Below, in pieces: positions 48,310 through 61,219 of a stretch of DNA of 64,000 nucleotides. The notes below the pieces were generated by a model that saw nothing but the letters and a program-made list of their open reading frames with translations, was not told where the DNA came from and ran no database searches. Each line of letters opens with the position of its first letter. Within the stretch, counting starts at the first letter, position 1. Source of the stretch: Mobula birostris (lineage: Eukaryota); the NCBI RefSeq assembly GCF_030028105.1, contig NC_092386.1, forward strand, positions 17,291,258 through 17,355,257, read 5' to 3'. The position numbers and the translations under genes were made by a program.

Positions 48310-48730
48310 AAACACAGAAAAGTACAACACAGCATAGGCTCATGATGTTGTGCCGAACTTTTAACCTACTTTAAGATCAATCTAATCTTTCTCCCTAACA
48401 TAGCCCTTCATTTTTCTATCATCCATGTACCTTTCTAAGAGTTAAATGTCCCTAATATATCTGCTTCTAGTACCACCCTTGACAGGGAGTTCCACGTACC
48501 CCCCACTCTCTGTGTAAAAAAACATCCCTCTGATATCCCTCTTCTGCTGTAATTTTCTCCGATCGCCTTAAAAATTTGCCCCCTTGTATTAGCCAGTCCT
48601 GCCCTGGGAAAAAAGTCTCTGGCTGCCCACTTGATCTATACTTCTCATCATCTTACATACTTCTATCAATTCACCTCTCATTCTCCTTCATTCCAAAGGG
48701 AACTGTTCTAGTTAGCTTAACCTATCTGCC
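48310..48730 (-). mobile_element. CR1 3' fragment
   Basis: Matches other CR1 3' ends (reverse complement TTTTTACACAGAGAGTGG..). Confidence 0.7.
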
Positions 48731-49496
48731 CAGTTATGGGCAGATCAATTTTGTTTACCATCTCCAGTCTGTCAGTTTGACCATTTATTCACTAGAGGGT
48801 TCAAGTAAATCAATTTAATTTTAAAAATAAGACATTCTTGAAAGGCTTCAGGTTACGTGATTTCTCAGCCTGTATCGTTCATACTGTACATCTCTAATAT
48901 TAGTTCATGTATATTTTTCTCTTTATTTCCCTCTGAGAATGGAGGACACACACAGCTTTCCCCTTTGGGACTTGACCTGTTCTTCCTCTACAGTTTGCAA
49001 ATCTCACATTCTTTTGTCTAGGTTCTTTGTGTAAAGCTTGGGGCGTACACACAGTGGCCAATTTATTCAGTGCCTCCTGTACCTAATAGTGGCCACTGAA
49101 TGTATGCTCGTGGTGTTACGCTGCTGTAGCCCGTCTATTTCAAGGTTCGATGTATTGTGCATGCAGAGATACTCTTCTACGCACCACTTTACTATCGCTT
49201 TCCTGTCAGCGTGCACCAGTCCAGCCACTCTCCTTTGACTCCTCTCATTAACAAAGCATTTTCACCCACAGAACTGCTGCTCACTTGATTATTTTGTTTT
49301 TCACTCTATTCTCTGAAAACTCTAGAGACTGTTGTGAGTGAAAATTCCAGGAGATCAGCAGTTTCTGAGATACTCAAGCCTCCCCTTCTGGCACCAACAA
49401 TCATTCTATGGTCAAAGTCACTTAGTCAGGTCTAGTTTATTGTCATTTAACTATATACATGTATATTATGTATATAACCATATAATATATATGGAG

Positions 49497-51590
49497 CAAC
49501 ACACAAAAAAATTGCTGGTGAACGCAGCAGGCCAGGCAGCGTCTATAGGAAGAGGTACAGTTGACGTCTTGGGTCGGGATCCTTCGTCAGGACTAACTGA
49601 AAGAAGAGATAGTAAGAGATTTGAAAGTAGGAGGGGGAGATCCAAAATGATAGGAGAAGACAGGAGGGGAGGGGTGGATCTAAGAGCTGGAAAGTTGGTT
49701 GGCAAAAGGAATACCAGGCTGGAGAAGGGAGAGGATCATTGGACGGAAAGCCTGGGGAGAAAGAGAAGTGGGGAGGGGAGCCCGGAGGGTGGAGAGCAGG
49801 CAAGGAGTTATAGTGAGAGGGATAGAGGGAGAAAAAAGAGAGAGAGAGAAAAAAAGGGGGGAATTAAATAAATATATAAGGGATGGGGTGTGAAGGGGAG
49901 GAGGTGCATTAACAGAAGTTAGAGAAAGCAATATTCATGCTATCAGGTTGGAGGCTACCCAGACGGAATATAAGGTGTTGTTCCTCCAACCTGAGTGTGG
50001 CTTTACCTTTACAGTAGAGGAGGCCGTGGATAGACAGATCAAAATGGGAATGGAACATGGAATTAAAATATGTGGCCACTGGGAGATCTTGCTTTCTCTG
50101 GCGGACAGAGCATAGGTGTTCAGCAAAGCGGTCTCCCAGTCTGTGTCAGGTCTCGCCAATATATAAAAGGCCACATTGGGAGCACCGGATGCAGTATATC
50201 ACCCCAGTTGACTCACAGGTGAAGTGTTGCCTCATCTGGAAGGACTGTCTGGGGCCCTGAATGGTGGTGAGGGAGGACGTGTAAGGGCATGTGTAGCACT
50301 TGCTCCGCTTACAAGGAAAAGTGCCGGGAGGGAAGGGATGGGGGGGGTGACGAATGGACAAGGGAGTCGCGTAGGGAGTGATCCTGCGGAAAGCAGAAAG
50401 CGGGGGGGAGGGAAAGATGTGGTTAGTGGTGGGATCCCATTGGAGGTGGCGGAAGTTACGGAGAATTATATGTTGGACCCGGAGGCTGGTGGGGTGGTAG
50501 GTGAGGACAAGGGGAACCCTATTCCTAGTGGGGTGGCGGGAGTATGGGGTGAGAGTAGATGTGCGTGAAATGGGAGAGGTGCGTTTGAGAGCAGAGTTGA
50601 TGGTGGAGGAAGGGAAGCCTCTTTCTTTAAAAAAGGAAGACATCTCCTTTGTCCTGGAATGAAAAGCCTCATCCTGAGAGCAGATGCAGCAGAGATGGAG
50701 GAATTGTGAGAAGGGGATGGCATTTTTGCAAGAGACAGGGTAGGAAGAGGAATAGTCCAGGTAGCTGTGAGAGTCCGTAGGCTTTTTGTAAACATCAGTA
50801 GATAAGCTGTCTCCAGAGGTAGAGACAGGAAGATCTAGAAAGGGGAGGGAGGTGTCGGAAATGGACCAGGTAAACTTGAGGGCAGGGTGAAAGTTGGAGG
50901 CAAAATTAATGAAGTCAATGAGCTCAGCATGCGTGCAGGAAGCAGCGCCAATGCAGTCGTCAGTGTAGCGAAGGAAAAGTGGGGGACAGATACCAGAATA
51001 GGTTTGGAACATGGATTGTTCCACAAAGCCAACGAAAAGGCAGGCATGGCTGGGACCCATATGGGCGCCCATGGCTACACCTTTAGTTTGAAGGAAGTGG
51101 GAGGAGCCAAAGGAGAAATTATTAAGAGAAAGGACTAATTCCGCTAGATGGAGGAGAGTAGTGGTAGAGCGGAACTGGTTAGGTCTGGAATCCAAAAAGA
51201 AGTGGAAAGCTTTGAGACCTTCCTGGTGGGGGATGGAGGTATATAGGGACTGAACATCCATGGTGAAAATAAAGTGGTGGGGCCCAGGAAACTTAAAATC
51301 ATTGAAAGGATTCAGAGCGTGAGAAGTGTCACGAACATAGGTGGGAAGGGATTGAACAAGGGGGGATAAAACCATGTCGAAGTATGCAGAAATGAGTTCG
51401 GTGGGGCAGGAGCAAGCTGAGACAATAGGTCGGCCAGGACAGGTAGGTTTGTGGATCTTGGGTAGGAGGTAGAAACGGGAAGTGCGGGGTGTGGGAACTA
51501 TAATGTTGGTAGCAGTGGATGGGAGATCCCCTGAGCGGATAAAGTTGGTGATGGTGTGGGAGACAATGGCCTGGTGCTCCTTAGTAGGGT
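49497..51590 (-). mobile_element. Penelope-like element (Neptune-type), longest copy; nested in a Rex1/Babar 3'UTR that sits in a Tc1-like element (49046-52210)
   Basis: ORF 50146-51672 (element-derived from ~51590): FYLLPKIHKP..GRPIVS, MDVQSLYTSIP, GVAMG, RYTDD, Cys linker, VIYC..LYIGET. Terminal repeat with mutated hammerhead at 49557-49594. Confidence 0.95.
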
Positions 51591-52229
51591 TTCCTCGTGT
51601 GTGCGTTTTTAATATATATGGAGACAACGTTTCTCCGAACCAGGGTGTAAAGAACAGTAATACACATAACACACAATAACTTATGGAGGTAAGGATAACA
51701 CCTACAGATGAATTAACACATAAATAACAGCCTAATGTGTTTGTACATTATTATTAACTATTGTAAGGTACGAAGCAGATTAGCCAGTGACACTTCGAAT
51801 ATGATGATGTTGGGAGTTCAGAGGCCTAATGGCCTGAGGGAAGAAAGTGTTTCTCATCCTGACTCTTCTTGTTTTTATGCATCATAGTCTTCTGCCTGAT
51901 GGTAGAAAGTCAAAGAAGATTCTGGATGGATGGGTGGGATCCTTAATAATACTAAGGACCCTATGTACACAGCGCTCCTGCTGAATGTCCCCAATGGATG
52001 GTAGGGAGTCCCCTGTGATCTTCTCAGCTGTTCTCAGTCCTTTGTAGGGATTTCTGGTCCAATGCTCGTTTCTTTCTCATTCTGATGTTTGCTCTGAACA
52101 ACAAAACCCTTTGACCAAGTCTGTGCGCTTTTATGCGTTGAGTAGCTGCCACATGATTGGCTGATTTGCATCAACAAGCATGTGTACCTAATAAAGTGGT
52201 CATTGAGTGAATATTGGAGCCATGTAAGA

Positions 52230-52970
52230 TATTGTTTAATCACACCTCAGACTAATGTGCGCAGTCCCAGTCACTACACTGTTGAAAGATCATGGAAGCA
52301 CTAGAGAGGATACAGAAGACATTCATCCGTGTTTGCTTGGAGTGGATGACTTTAGTTACAGGAAGAGATTGGCTAGGCTGGAATTGTTCTCACTGAACAC
52401 ACAAGGCTGACGCGTGACCTTGTTGAAGTCTATAAAGTTAATGGAGACCATAGACAAGGCGGATACTCATAAACAGAAGAGATTTTGCAGTTGCTGGAGA
52501 TCCAGAGTAACACACGCAAAATGGTGGAGGAACTCAGCAGCTCAGGCAGCATCAACAAAGAGAAATAAACAGTTGACATTTTGGGTGAGACCCTTCATCA
52601 GGACAGGAAAGGAAGAGGGAAGACACTGCCTCACCTGCCGAGTTCCTCAAGCATTTTGTGAGTGTAACTCTATTCAAAGTTCAAAGTTTTTACAAAGTTA
52701 CAGCAATCTAAAACTAGAGGAGAGGGGAATATAGGGTGAGAGGAGAAGCATTTAACGGTGATCTGAAGGAATTTCTTTTCTCACAGAGGGTAATATGGAA
52801 CCAGAGGAGGTGGTAGAAGCAGGTATAACCACTACATTTAAAAAGCATTTGGACAGTTACATAGAGAGGAAAAGAACAGAGAGAAACGGGGTAAATGCGG
52901 GAAAAAGGAATTAGTGTCTCAGCTGGCTTGGATGAATTGGGCCGAAGAGCCTGTTTCTGTGCTGTATGAT
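52230..52970 (+). mobile_element. CR1 3' fragment with a fold-back Penelope insert (~52470-52672)
   Basis: CR1 RT C-term and 3'UTR on both sides; the insert matches the terminal-repeat family. Confidence 0.7.
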
Positions 52971-53544
52971 GCTGTGGTATGGCTCACTTTCCAATCTCCC
53001 TATTACTTGCTTATCCTCATTATCTCCTCAGCTTTATCTTCTCACAGACATCCATCTCCCCTAACCTCTCAGTGGCTCACTTATCTCCTTTTCAGCTCTG
53101 ATTAGGGATCTCTGGCCCAAAACGTTGACTATGATTCCAAGAAAAACTAGGTAAAGTGCCTTAATGAGTACCTTAAGGTGGCTCTGGCATCCACCTTCAT
53201 GAAGCGCTGGTCATGACCCATACTAACTCCAGCCTTCCAGACAACTCGAACTCCAACTACAATTCACCCTCTGCTTGTTTTTTTCTGTTGTCGCAACTGC
53301 TTGTGCTGTTTCGCTGAACAACGTGGGCACACTTGCGTTAGTGCTGGAACGTGCGGCGCCACTTGCAAGCAACCCCCAGCACATTCTCGGATGTGTTGGT
53401 TATTAACGCAAATAACGCATTTCACTGTATGTTTTGATGTACATGTGATAAATAAATCTGAATCTCCATTGGGATCTGAAACCGGCCCATGGTAGATGCC
53501 ATTTCCCCGACCCTATAATCACCTCTGAAATATCTGGACAATAA

Positions 53545-55090
53545 GTTCAAAGTAAGTTTATTATTAAAGTACACAAATGTCATGATATACAACCCTGAGG
53601 TTTATTTTCTTCTAGGCATACTCAATGAATCCATAAAATAATAACCATACCAGAATCAATAAAAGACCATACCAACTTCAGCATTCAAGCGGTGTGCAAA
53701 AGGCAGCAAACACTGCAAATACAAAAGAAAGCACTAATAATAAAGTGAGTCCATAGGTTGTGGGAACATTTCAACAAAGGGCAAGTGAAGTTATCCCCTT
53801 TGGTTCAGGAGCCTGATGGTTGAGGGGTAATAACTGTTCCTGAACCTGCTGGTGTGAGTCCTGAGGCTCCTGTACCTTCTTCCTGATGGCAGCAATGAGA
53901 AGGGGGCATGACCCGGGCAGTGAAGATCCCTGGTGATCCCTTCCTGCAACAGAGTTTTGTGTAGGTGCGCTCAATGGTGGAGAGGGCTTTCCCCGCAATG
54001 GACTGGACCGTATCCATTTCTTTTTGTAGGATTTACCACTTACTTTAGACTATTATTTATTAATGACCTCTGGATGACCAGACTGCAATCATTAAGGAAT
54101 CCGCTATATTCATCCTCGACACTGGTGCCCCATGCACTGTGTCCTCGGCCCCCTGCTCTACTCCCTGTACACTCATGACTGTGTGTCTATATTCTGCTCT
54201 AACTTCATCTACGAGTTTGCAGATGATACCACCATAGTGGGTTGTCTCTCAAATAATGATGAACTGGAATACAGGAGCGAGATAGAGGGGTCTTGTAACA
54301 TGGTGTCATGACAACAACCTTTCCCTCAGTGTTAGCAAAGCAGAAGAGTTGTTCATTGACCTTAGGAAGTGGGGAGTGGTGAACATTCTCCTGTTTACTT
54401 CAACGGTGCTGAGGTCAAGAGGGTTGAGAGCCTCAAGTTCCTAGAAGAGAACATCACCAAAAGACTGTCTTGGTCCAATCACGTAGATGCCACAGCCAAG
54501 AAAGCTCACCAATGCCTCTATGTCCTCAGGAGGCTAAAGGAATTCGGCATGACCTCTTTGACCTTCACCATATTTTATTGGTGCACCAGAGGAAGTATGC
54601 TATCTGGTTGCATCATTGGTCTGGTATGGCAACTGCTCTGCCTGGAACCTCAAGAAACTGGAGAGTTGTGGATGCAGATCAGCGCATCATAGGAAACCAG
54701 CCCCCCATGATGACTCTCTCGGTCAAGCAGCCAACATATTAAAGACCACACACACACGTTCTCTCTTCTCCTTCCTCCTTTCTGGCAGAAGATACAAATG
54801 TCTGAATGCACATTCCACCAAGCTCAAGGGCAGCTCTATTCCATTACCAGAAGACTACTGAGCAGTCCCCTAGTATGATAAGAGGGACTCTTGACCTCAT
54901 AATCTACCTTGTTATTGCCGTACAGCTTATTGTCTACCTGTACTGCATTTTTTTCTGTAACTGTAGCACCTTATTCTGCTTTCTTTTATTGTTTTAGCTC
55001 AATGCACTGCTCAGATGAAATGACCTGCATGCATGGCATTCAAGACAAGTTTTTTTTTACTGTACATCAGCACATTTGACAATAATAAAC
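53545..55090. mobile_element. Two Rex1/Babar fragments (53545-54040 minus; 54090-55090 plus)
   Basis: EFADDTTIVG, VESLKFLE..LSWSNHVDATAKKAHQCLYVLRRLK and 3'UTRs. Confidence 0.8.
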
Positions 55091-55587
55091 AAATTTATCA
55101 ATTTACCAATCTATTTCACTTTCTATAGATGCACCTTGACCTACATTTTCTTTTATTTTGTTTTGGAAAGACTGCTGAAGTCTACGCCCAGTGTATTTTC
55201 CAAAGTGGAGAAGAAGTGTGAAGTATCTGTCATATCAGATGTTCAGCAAATAATATTTTCCAATATCCAGCATGGTAGAGTAGTAGAAAAAACCTGCTGA
55301 GTTCCTCCAGAATTTTGTGTGTATTACCTTTAAAGTAATTTTACAGACACTAAGATATGATATGATATGACAGATTCTTCACACTTCTCCACTTTGGAAC
55401 ATACACTGGGCTTGGACTTCAGCAGTCTTCCTAAAACAAAAAAAAGAAAATGTAAGTCAGGGTGCATCAATAGAAAGTGAAATAGATTGGTGAATTGATA
55501 CATTTGCTTATTATTGTGAAAAACTTGTCTTGCATGCCATCCATTTAAAGGTACGGCAGTTAATTTTTTCCAATACTCAGTATGGTA

Positions 55588-55881
55588 GTAGAGGCATCTG
55601 TTAGTCTTGCGAGACCATGTCTTCACTCTCCAGGGCACAGGCCTGGGCAAGGTTGTATGGAAGACCGGCAGTTGCCCATGCTACAAGTCTCTCCTCTCCA
55701 CGACACCGATGTTGTCCAAGGGAAGGGCATTAGGACCCATACAGCTTGGCACCAGTGTCGTCGCAGAGCAATGTGTGATTAAGTGCCTTGCTCAAGGACA
55801 CAACACGTTGCCTTGGCTGGGGCTCAAACTCATGACCTTCAGGTCACTAGTCCAATGCCTTAACCACTTGGCCATGTGCCC
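55588..55881 (-). mobile_element. Full-length tRNA-derived SINE
   Basis: A box TGGCCAAGTGG, B box GTTTGAGCCC, core GTGTCCTTGAGCAAGGCACTTAA; 13-bp TSD ACTCAGTATGGTA (55575-87, 55882-94). Confidence 0.85.
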
Positions 55882-56097
55882 ACTCAGTATGGTACAGCAG
55901 TAGTAAAAACAAGCTGTTCCTACAGCGTTATGTGTGTATTACCATCAATGTACTTTTACAGACACTAAGCATTAACAGTTGTTATTTGTTTTATTTATTC
56001 TTATGAGGGGGACCTCCTCATTATCTTCTTATTCATAAATGGTTGAATATGCAATATATATACAAAATCTTTAAGCTCGATAGGTACACTATAGCAC

Positions 56098-56240
56098 TTG
56101 AGTCCTGATGAAGGGTCTCTGCCTGAAATGTCCTCTGTTTATTCCTCTTCATAGATGCTGCCTGACCTGCTGAGTTTTTCCAGCATTTTGTGTGTGTTGC
56201 TCTGCAGTTCCTGCATCTGCAGAAACTCTTGGGTTCACTT
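56098..56240 (+). mobile_element. Penelope terminal-repeat fragment with near-intact hammerhead core
   Basis: AGTC-CTGATGA-AGG gtctctg CCT-GAAAT-GTC-ctct (stem I damaged). Confidence 0.75.
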
Positions 56241-57199
56241 TAATGGCTATCCTTTCTCAGCTTCTGAGAAATTTCTGCATATAAATTATATCATACCTGA
56301 TCTGTACCTAACTCTATCTACCTACTTTGCTATAGTAACCATTGACATGCATACCTATCCAAAATCTTTCCACCACAGTTTTGAAACTTCCTGTTCACCT
56401 CTTGTGAGCTCCATTCTGGGAGAGGCTGTTTAAACATTCACTGTTCTTACCGTGAATAAGTGCTTTTGTGCAGTACTCTTGTATAGATAAGTTTTAATTT
56501 TGTTTAGCTCCTTGTTCTGAATCACAGAACAGAAGAAATAGCTAATTCCATTGTCAATGGAAGATTAAAATTTGATCTAAATGATTTATATAGTAAATAG
56601 CATTAATCAAAACTCTTGTCCATTGTGAGTTCAAATTCTGTCATGGCAGCTAGGGAATTATATTTAAGCAATTATGTAATTCTCTGAGAAAAAAGCTATT
56701 GTCAACCATGTACTGTTGAACCAATTATTTATTTAGCGAAACAGCTCAGAACAGGCCCTTTCGAGACACACCACCCAGAAATTCACCTATTTAACTCTAG
56801 CCTAATCACAGGACAAAGTACAATAACCAATTAACCTATTTAACCAGTACATCTTTGGACTGCAGGAGGATGCAAGAACAAAACATCTGGTTGTCCAATA
56901 CCTTCATGGAAAATATCTGTTCATCCTCATCGAATCTAGCCTTAAACTACTCCAGACTAAACAAATTCATTAGCTTTTAACAGCCATAGCTCAGGGTTCT
57001 GAAAAATGAACTATTAATCCCATTTTGCTAGTTCCATAAACAAATAAATTGTATTGCTTTAGATCCTAACTAAACCATTTGATGTGTACAAAAATATGGC
57101 TATCATATAATTGTTTAGGATGGAGAATACAGACTTTGTGTACATTTGTGATTATAGAGATAATCATGTTTTGATATTTCAGTTTTAGTTATCTTGTTA

Positions 57200-57530
57200 G
57201 AGATAGTCAGAGTCTTTCTCCCAGGGCTAAAATGGCTAACGTGAGGGGGCATAGTTTTAGGGTGCTTGGAAGTAGGTACAAGGGGCATGTCAGAGTAAAT
57301 TTTTCACACAGAGAGTGGTGAGTTTATGGAATGCACTGCCAGTGATGGTGGTAGAGGTGGATACAATAGAGTATTTTAAGAGACTGTGAGGTACATGGAA
57401 CTTAGAAAATTAGAGGGCTATGCGGTATGGAAATTCTTGGCAGCTTCTAGAGCAGGTTACATGGTCGGCACAACATTGTGGGCCGAAGGGCCTGTAACGT
57501 GCTGTAGATTTTCTATGTTTCTGTGTTATG
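57200..57530 (+). mobile_element. CR1 3' end
   Basis: Same subfamily as 13540-13880. Confidence 0.8.
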
Positions 57531-58104
57531 TTTTGTAACTTAAAGACATTAAATTAATTCAAAGGAAGACACCAAAGTCCAAAATGTGAGTCTAACTTCA
57601 GGTTTACTTTAAGCGAGGTGCAGACATGATAGCAATTCATGTATTTATACATATAACCCAAAATGAATTATTTAAACTAACAAGAATGCTTAATCAAACA
57701 ATATGTGTACAAGGTTGCACAAACATTGCTTAAATATTAAATATGCACCATATCTAATTGCACATTCAATTTTCATTTGATGATAAAAAACAAAAGATTT
57801 TGTCAAGTCACAGAATAAGTCCAACAGATAAAGTAAATATGAAAGAAAATGTTTTTGTTCATTATCTTGATTACACTGCCAAAAGATTGTTAGAGCTAAT
57901 AACGATCCATGTGAGATTGACAGTAGGCAGATTATAAATGTTTAAATATAAGGAAGCACTTCATGAAGTTCAGCTGTGTGCATAGCATACTTACAATCTG
58001 TTAACTAAGTACCTTCAGAATTTCTCTCAGTGCTCCTAAAGGGTAAGAGTCCCGACCAACAGTAGCACATTGACTGATACTCCTTTATTCTACCATATTT
58101 TAGA

Positions 58105-59378
58105 ATTGAACTGAATTGAATCGAATTGACTTTATTTCTTACATCCTTCTCATACATGAGGAATAAAAATTTTTACGTTACGTCTCCATCTAAATGTGCA
58201 ATATGCAATCATAGTAATTTATAATAATTTATAATAAATAGAACAGTCAATGTAATATAGAGTACACTCTAACCATCGTGAGTTCATCAGTCTGATGGCC
58301 TGGTGGAAGAAGCTGTCCTGGAGCCTGTTGGTCCTGGCTTTTATGCTGCGGTACCATTTCCCGGATGGTAGCAGCTGGAATAGATTGTGGTTTGGGTGAC
58401 TCGGGTCCCCAATGATCCTACGGGCCCATTTTACACACCTGTCTTTGTAAATGTCCTGAATCATGGGAATTTCACAACTACAGATGCGCTGGGTTATCCA
58501 CACCACTCGCTGCAGAGTCCTGCGATTGAGGGAAGTACAGTTCCCATACCAGGCAGTGATGCAGCCAGTCAGGATGCTCTCAATTGTGCCCCTGTAGAAA
58601 GTTCTTAGGGTTTGGGGGCCCACATCAAACTTCTTCAACTGTCTGAGGCAAAAGAGGCGCTGTTGTGCCTTTTTCACCACACAGCTGGTGTGTACAGACC
58701 ATGTGAGGTCCTCAGTGATGTGGATGCTGAGGAACAAAGCTGTTTACCCTCTCAACCCCAGATCCATTGATGTCAATATGGGTTAGCCCGTCTCCATTCC
58801 TCCATAATCCAGAACCAGCTCTTTTGTTTTTGTGACACTGAAGGAGAGGTTGTTTTCTTGACACCGCTGTGTCAGAGAGAAGACTTCTTCCCTGTAGGCC
58901 ACCTTGTTATTGTTTGAGATAAGGCCGATTAATGTAGTGTCATTGGCAAATTTAATTAGCAGATTGGAGCTGTGAGTGGCAATACAGTCAAGAGTATACA
59001 GAGAGTAAAGGAGGGGACTCAGTACACAGCTCTGAGGAGCTCCTGGATTGAGAGTCAGAGGGGTGGAGGTGAGGGAGCCCACTCTTACCACCTGCTGGTG
59101 ATCTAACAGAAAGTCCAGGATCCAATTGCACAAGGCAGGGTCAAGGCCGAGTTCTCTAAGCTTCTTGTCGAGCCTGCATGGAACTATGGTGTTGAATGCT
59201 GAACTGTAGTCCAAGAACAGCATTCTCACATAAGCATCCTTCTTCTCCAGATGTGTAAGGACGGTATGTAGAGCAGTGGCTATTTCGTCATCTGTCGATC
59301 AATTGTGTCAGTAGGCGAATTGTAGGGGGTCCAGTTTGTGTGGTAGCAAGCTGCAGATGTAATCCTTGACCAGCCATC
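58105..59378 (-). mobile_element. Rex1/Babar 3' part (RT)
   Basis: ORFs 58783-59229 ([38 protein letters not shown]) and 58219-58737; (TTCAA)n tail. Confidence 0.92.
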
Positions 59379-61219
59379 AAAGGATGCTTTTCAGAGTTAG
59401 TTGATGAATAGAGTGCCACCGAAGTACCTCACATTAGTGTTATTCTTTCCAAAAGTGCCTGTAGACTTAGTGCAGTAGATGAATTGACTTGGCTGCCAGT
59501 GTAGCTGAACCTGAGCCAACTTGTCACATATTCTGCTTTCGGGCAGGTGTTGTCGGCTGCTGGTCAAGAATGAAAACTTTCAGATTTCATGTAATCTTTA
59601 CTCGATACAGTTTGTATTATTTGATGTGTTTCCAAATTTAAATGGAATTTTTCTGTCAATTTAAAATGCAGAATTTACTGTATATAATTTTGCATTTAAT
59701 TTCATGTTCTCACTCACATGAATATGAGAGTATTCAACAAACTATTTGGAACCTCAATTCTAAAATATTTATCCCTTTTAAAAAGATCTAAGTAATTTGA
59801 TTCAGGAAACTGCTAAAATGCCTCCTAAATTTAAGCAAAAATTGCAATGCGCATGTATTGTTTTTAGGTTGACTTAGTATAGATTCAGGAGATACAATGG
59901 CAATTAACATATAAAGTAGGCGACTAGGTCTATTTTCTCTCCTACATTGTAGATTCTAATCATTTGCTTAATTGCAATTATATTTTGAACTTTGACACAT
60001 TTGGTTATATTCAATGCATCCTGCATACATTAGGAACCAATGTATAATAGATATAGTGCTTTGTACAGAATTCATCAAAAGTGGGTGCACGATTACCAGA
60101 TGACGATGGCTTTAAGTAAATCTGTATAGTAATTGTCATAAGACCTTCACGATTACTTTCTGAGTCTCTGACCTTCTTTCTCCCGCTGTGGTGATCGCTA
60201 CTGGCCTGTTGTACAAACGTGTCACATCTGTCCACCTACATGCATAGTTGCCACCTCCGGGGTGCCAATCTGTCCCATGTGCACCAAAAGCCTTCTTTCT
60301 ACCTTTTTCGTTCTGTGACACTTCTCTTTTTATTTTTAAAGAAAACAGCTTGTTGGTAGGCACAAAATTGACTTGGCTGCTCAAAAATGGCACGTACTTT
60401 CATTTAAATAATAAATTAAGTTAGAAACATCTTGCATAGTATATCCACCTCAGACAATCTCAATAATTAAGTATATAATTGCTTAGAAATACTTCTTAGT
60501 AATAGTGTGAAGGATTTATTTTGGAAGTGATGTGAAATAATTGAAAAGAAATAATCAAATACACATTATATTGGAAAGCTTCATTCATGTATTAGAAACT
60601 ATATCCAGGATAAGTTTATCGATCACATTGAAATAGAACAAACACAACATTACAATCACCAGAAGCTAAAACATGAGAAATTAAAATTTGTGTTTTTACG
60701 TGCCTGCAGATGCTCAAAGATGTCAGGACTGTTAGATTTACAGCTGTATTTATACAGTACTTCCATAGATGGTGATTTTAGTGCAGTCTTGATATAGTTA
60801 AAATCTATCATGTCTCACATCTATTCAAATTGATCATCACTGAAACAACAACTGTAATAAAGGAGGCTGGTATGCAAAGCATGGTTGGTGGCTGATGGCA
60901 TAATCCAGTTAATTTAACATTATTTCAGATAGGAGAGAATAGTCAGGACATCAACAGCAGACATAGATTACTTAGTTGTTTTTGTCTGTTCTGCAATTCA
61001 ATTAAATCCTAATTGGTCTTTGCTTTAACTCCATTTATCCACCTTGAACCAATTATTTTGAGACCAGATCTCTTAAGGTACTTTAGATGGACTCTAGTAT
61101 ATAACTGGCCAGCTCCCCCTGAAGTCTAGTTAGCTGCCTAAGCATGAAGCCTTATGCAGTACAATTGTTCTAACAGCCCACACTCAAGTTTTACTGTTGT
61201 TGGAATTATATGAGGAGGC

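Noticed and set aside
46529-50148. Both long Penelope ORFs stop with TGA right after YIGET (46529-31 and 50146-48), suggesting programmed readthrough or selenocysteine
   Set aside because: The position is probably an Arg codon (CGA/CGG) at a CpG hotspot; the third copy has TGG there. Independent CpG decay explains it, and I saw no SECIS.
51591-51672. N-terminal extension (MLCVLLFFTPWFGETLSPY..) of the 508-aa ORF as a domesticated gene start
   Set aside because: It comes from the flanking Rex1/Babar 3'UTR. The RT has YTDD instead of YIDD and the endonuclease is truncated, consistent with a dead 5'-truncated copy.
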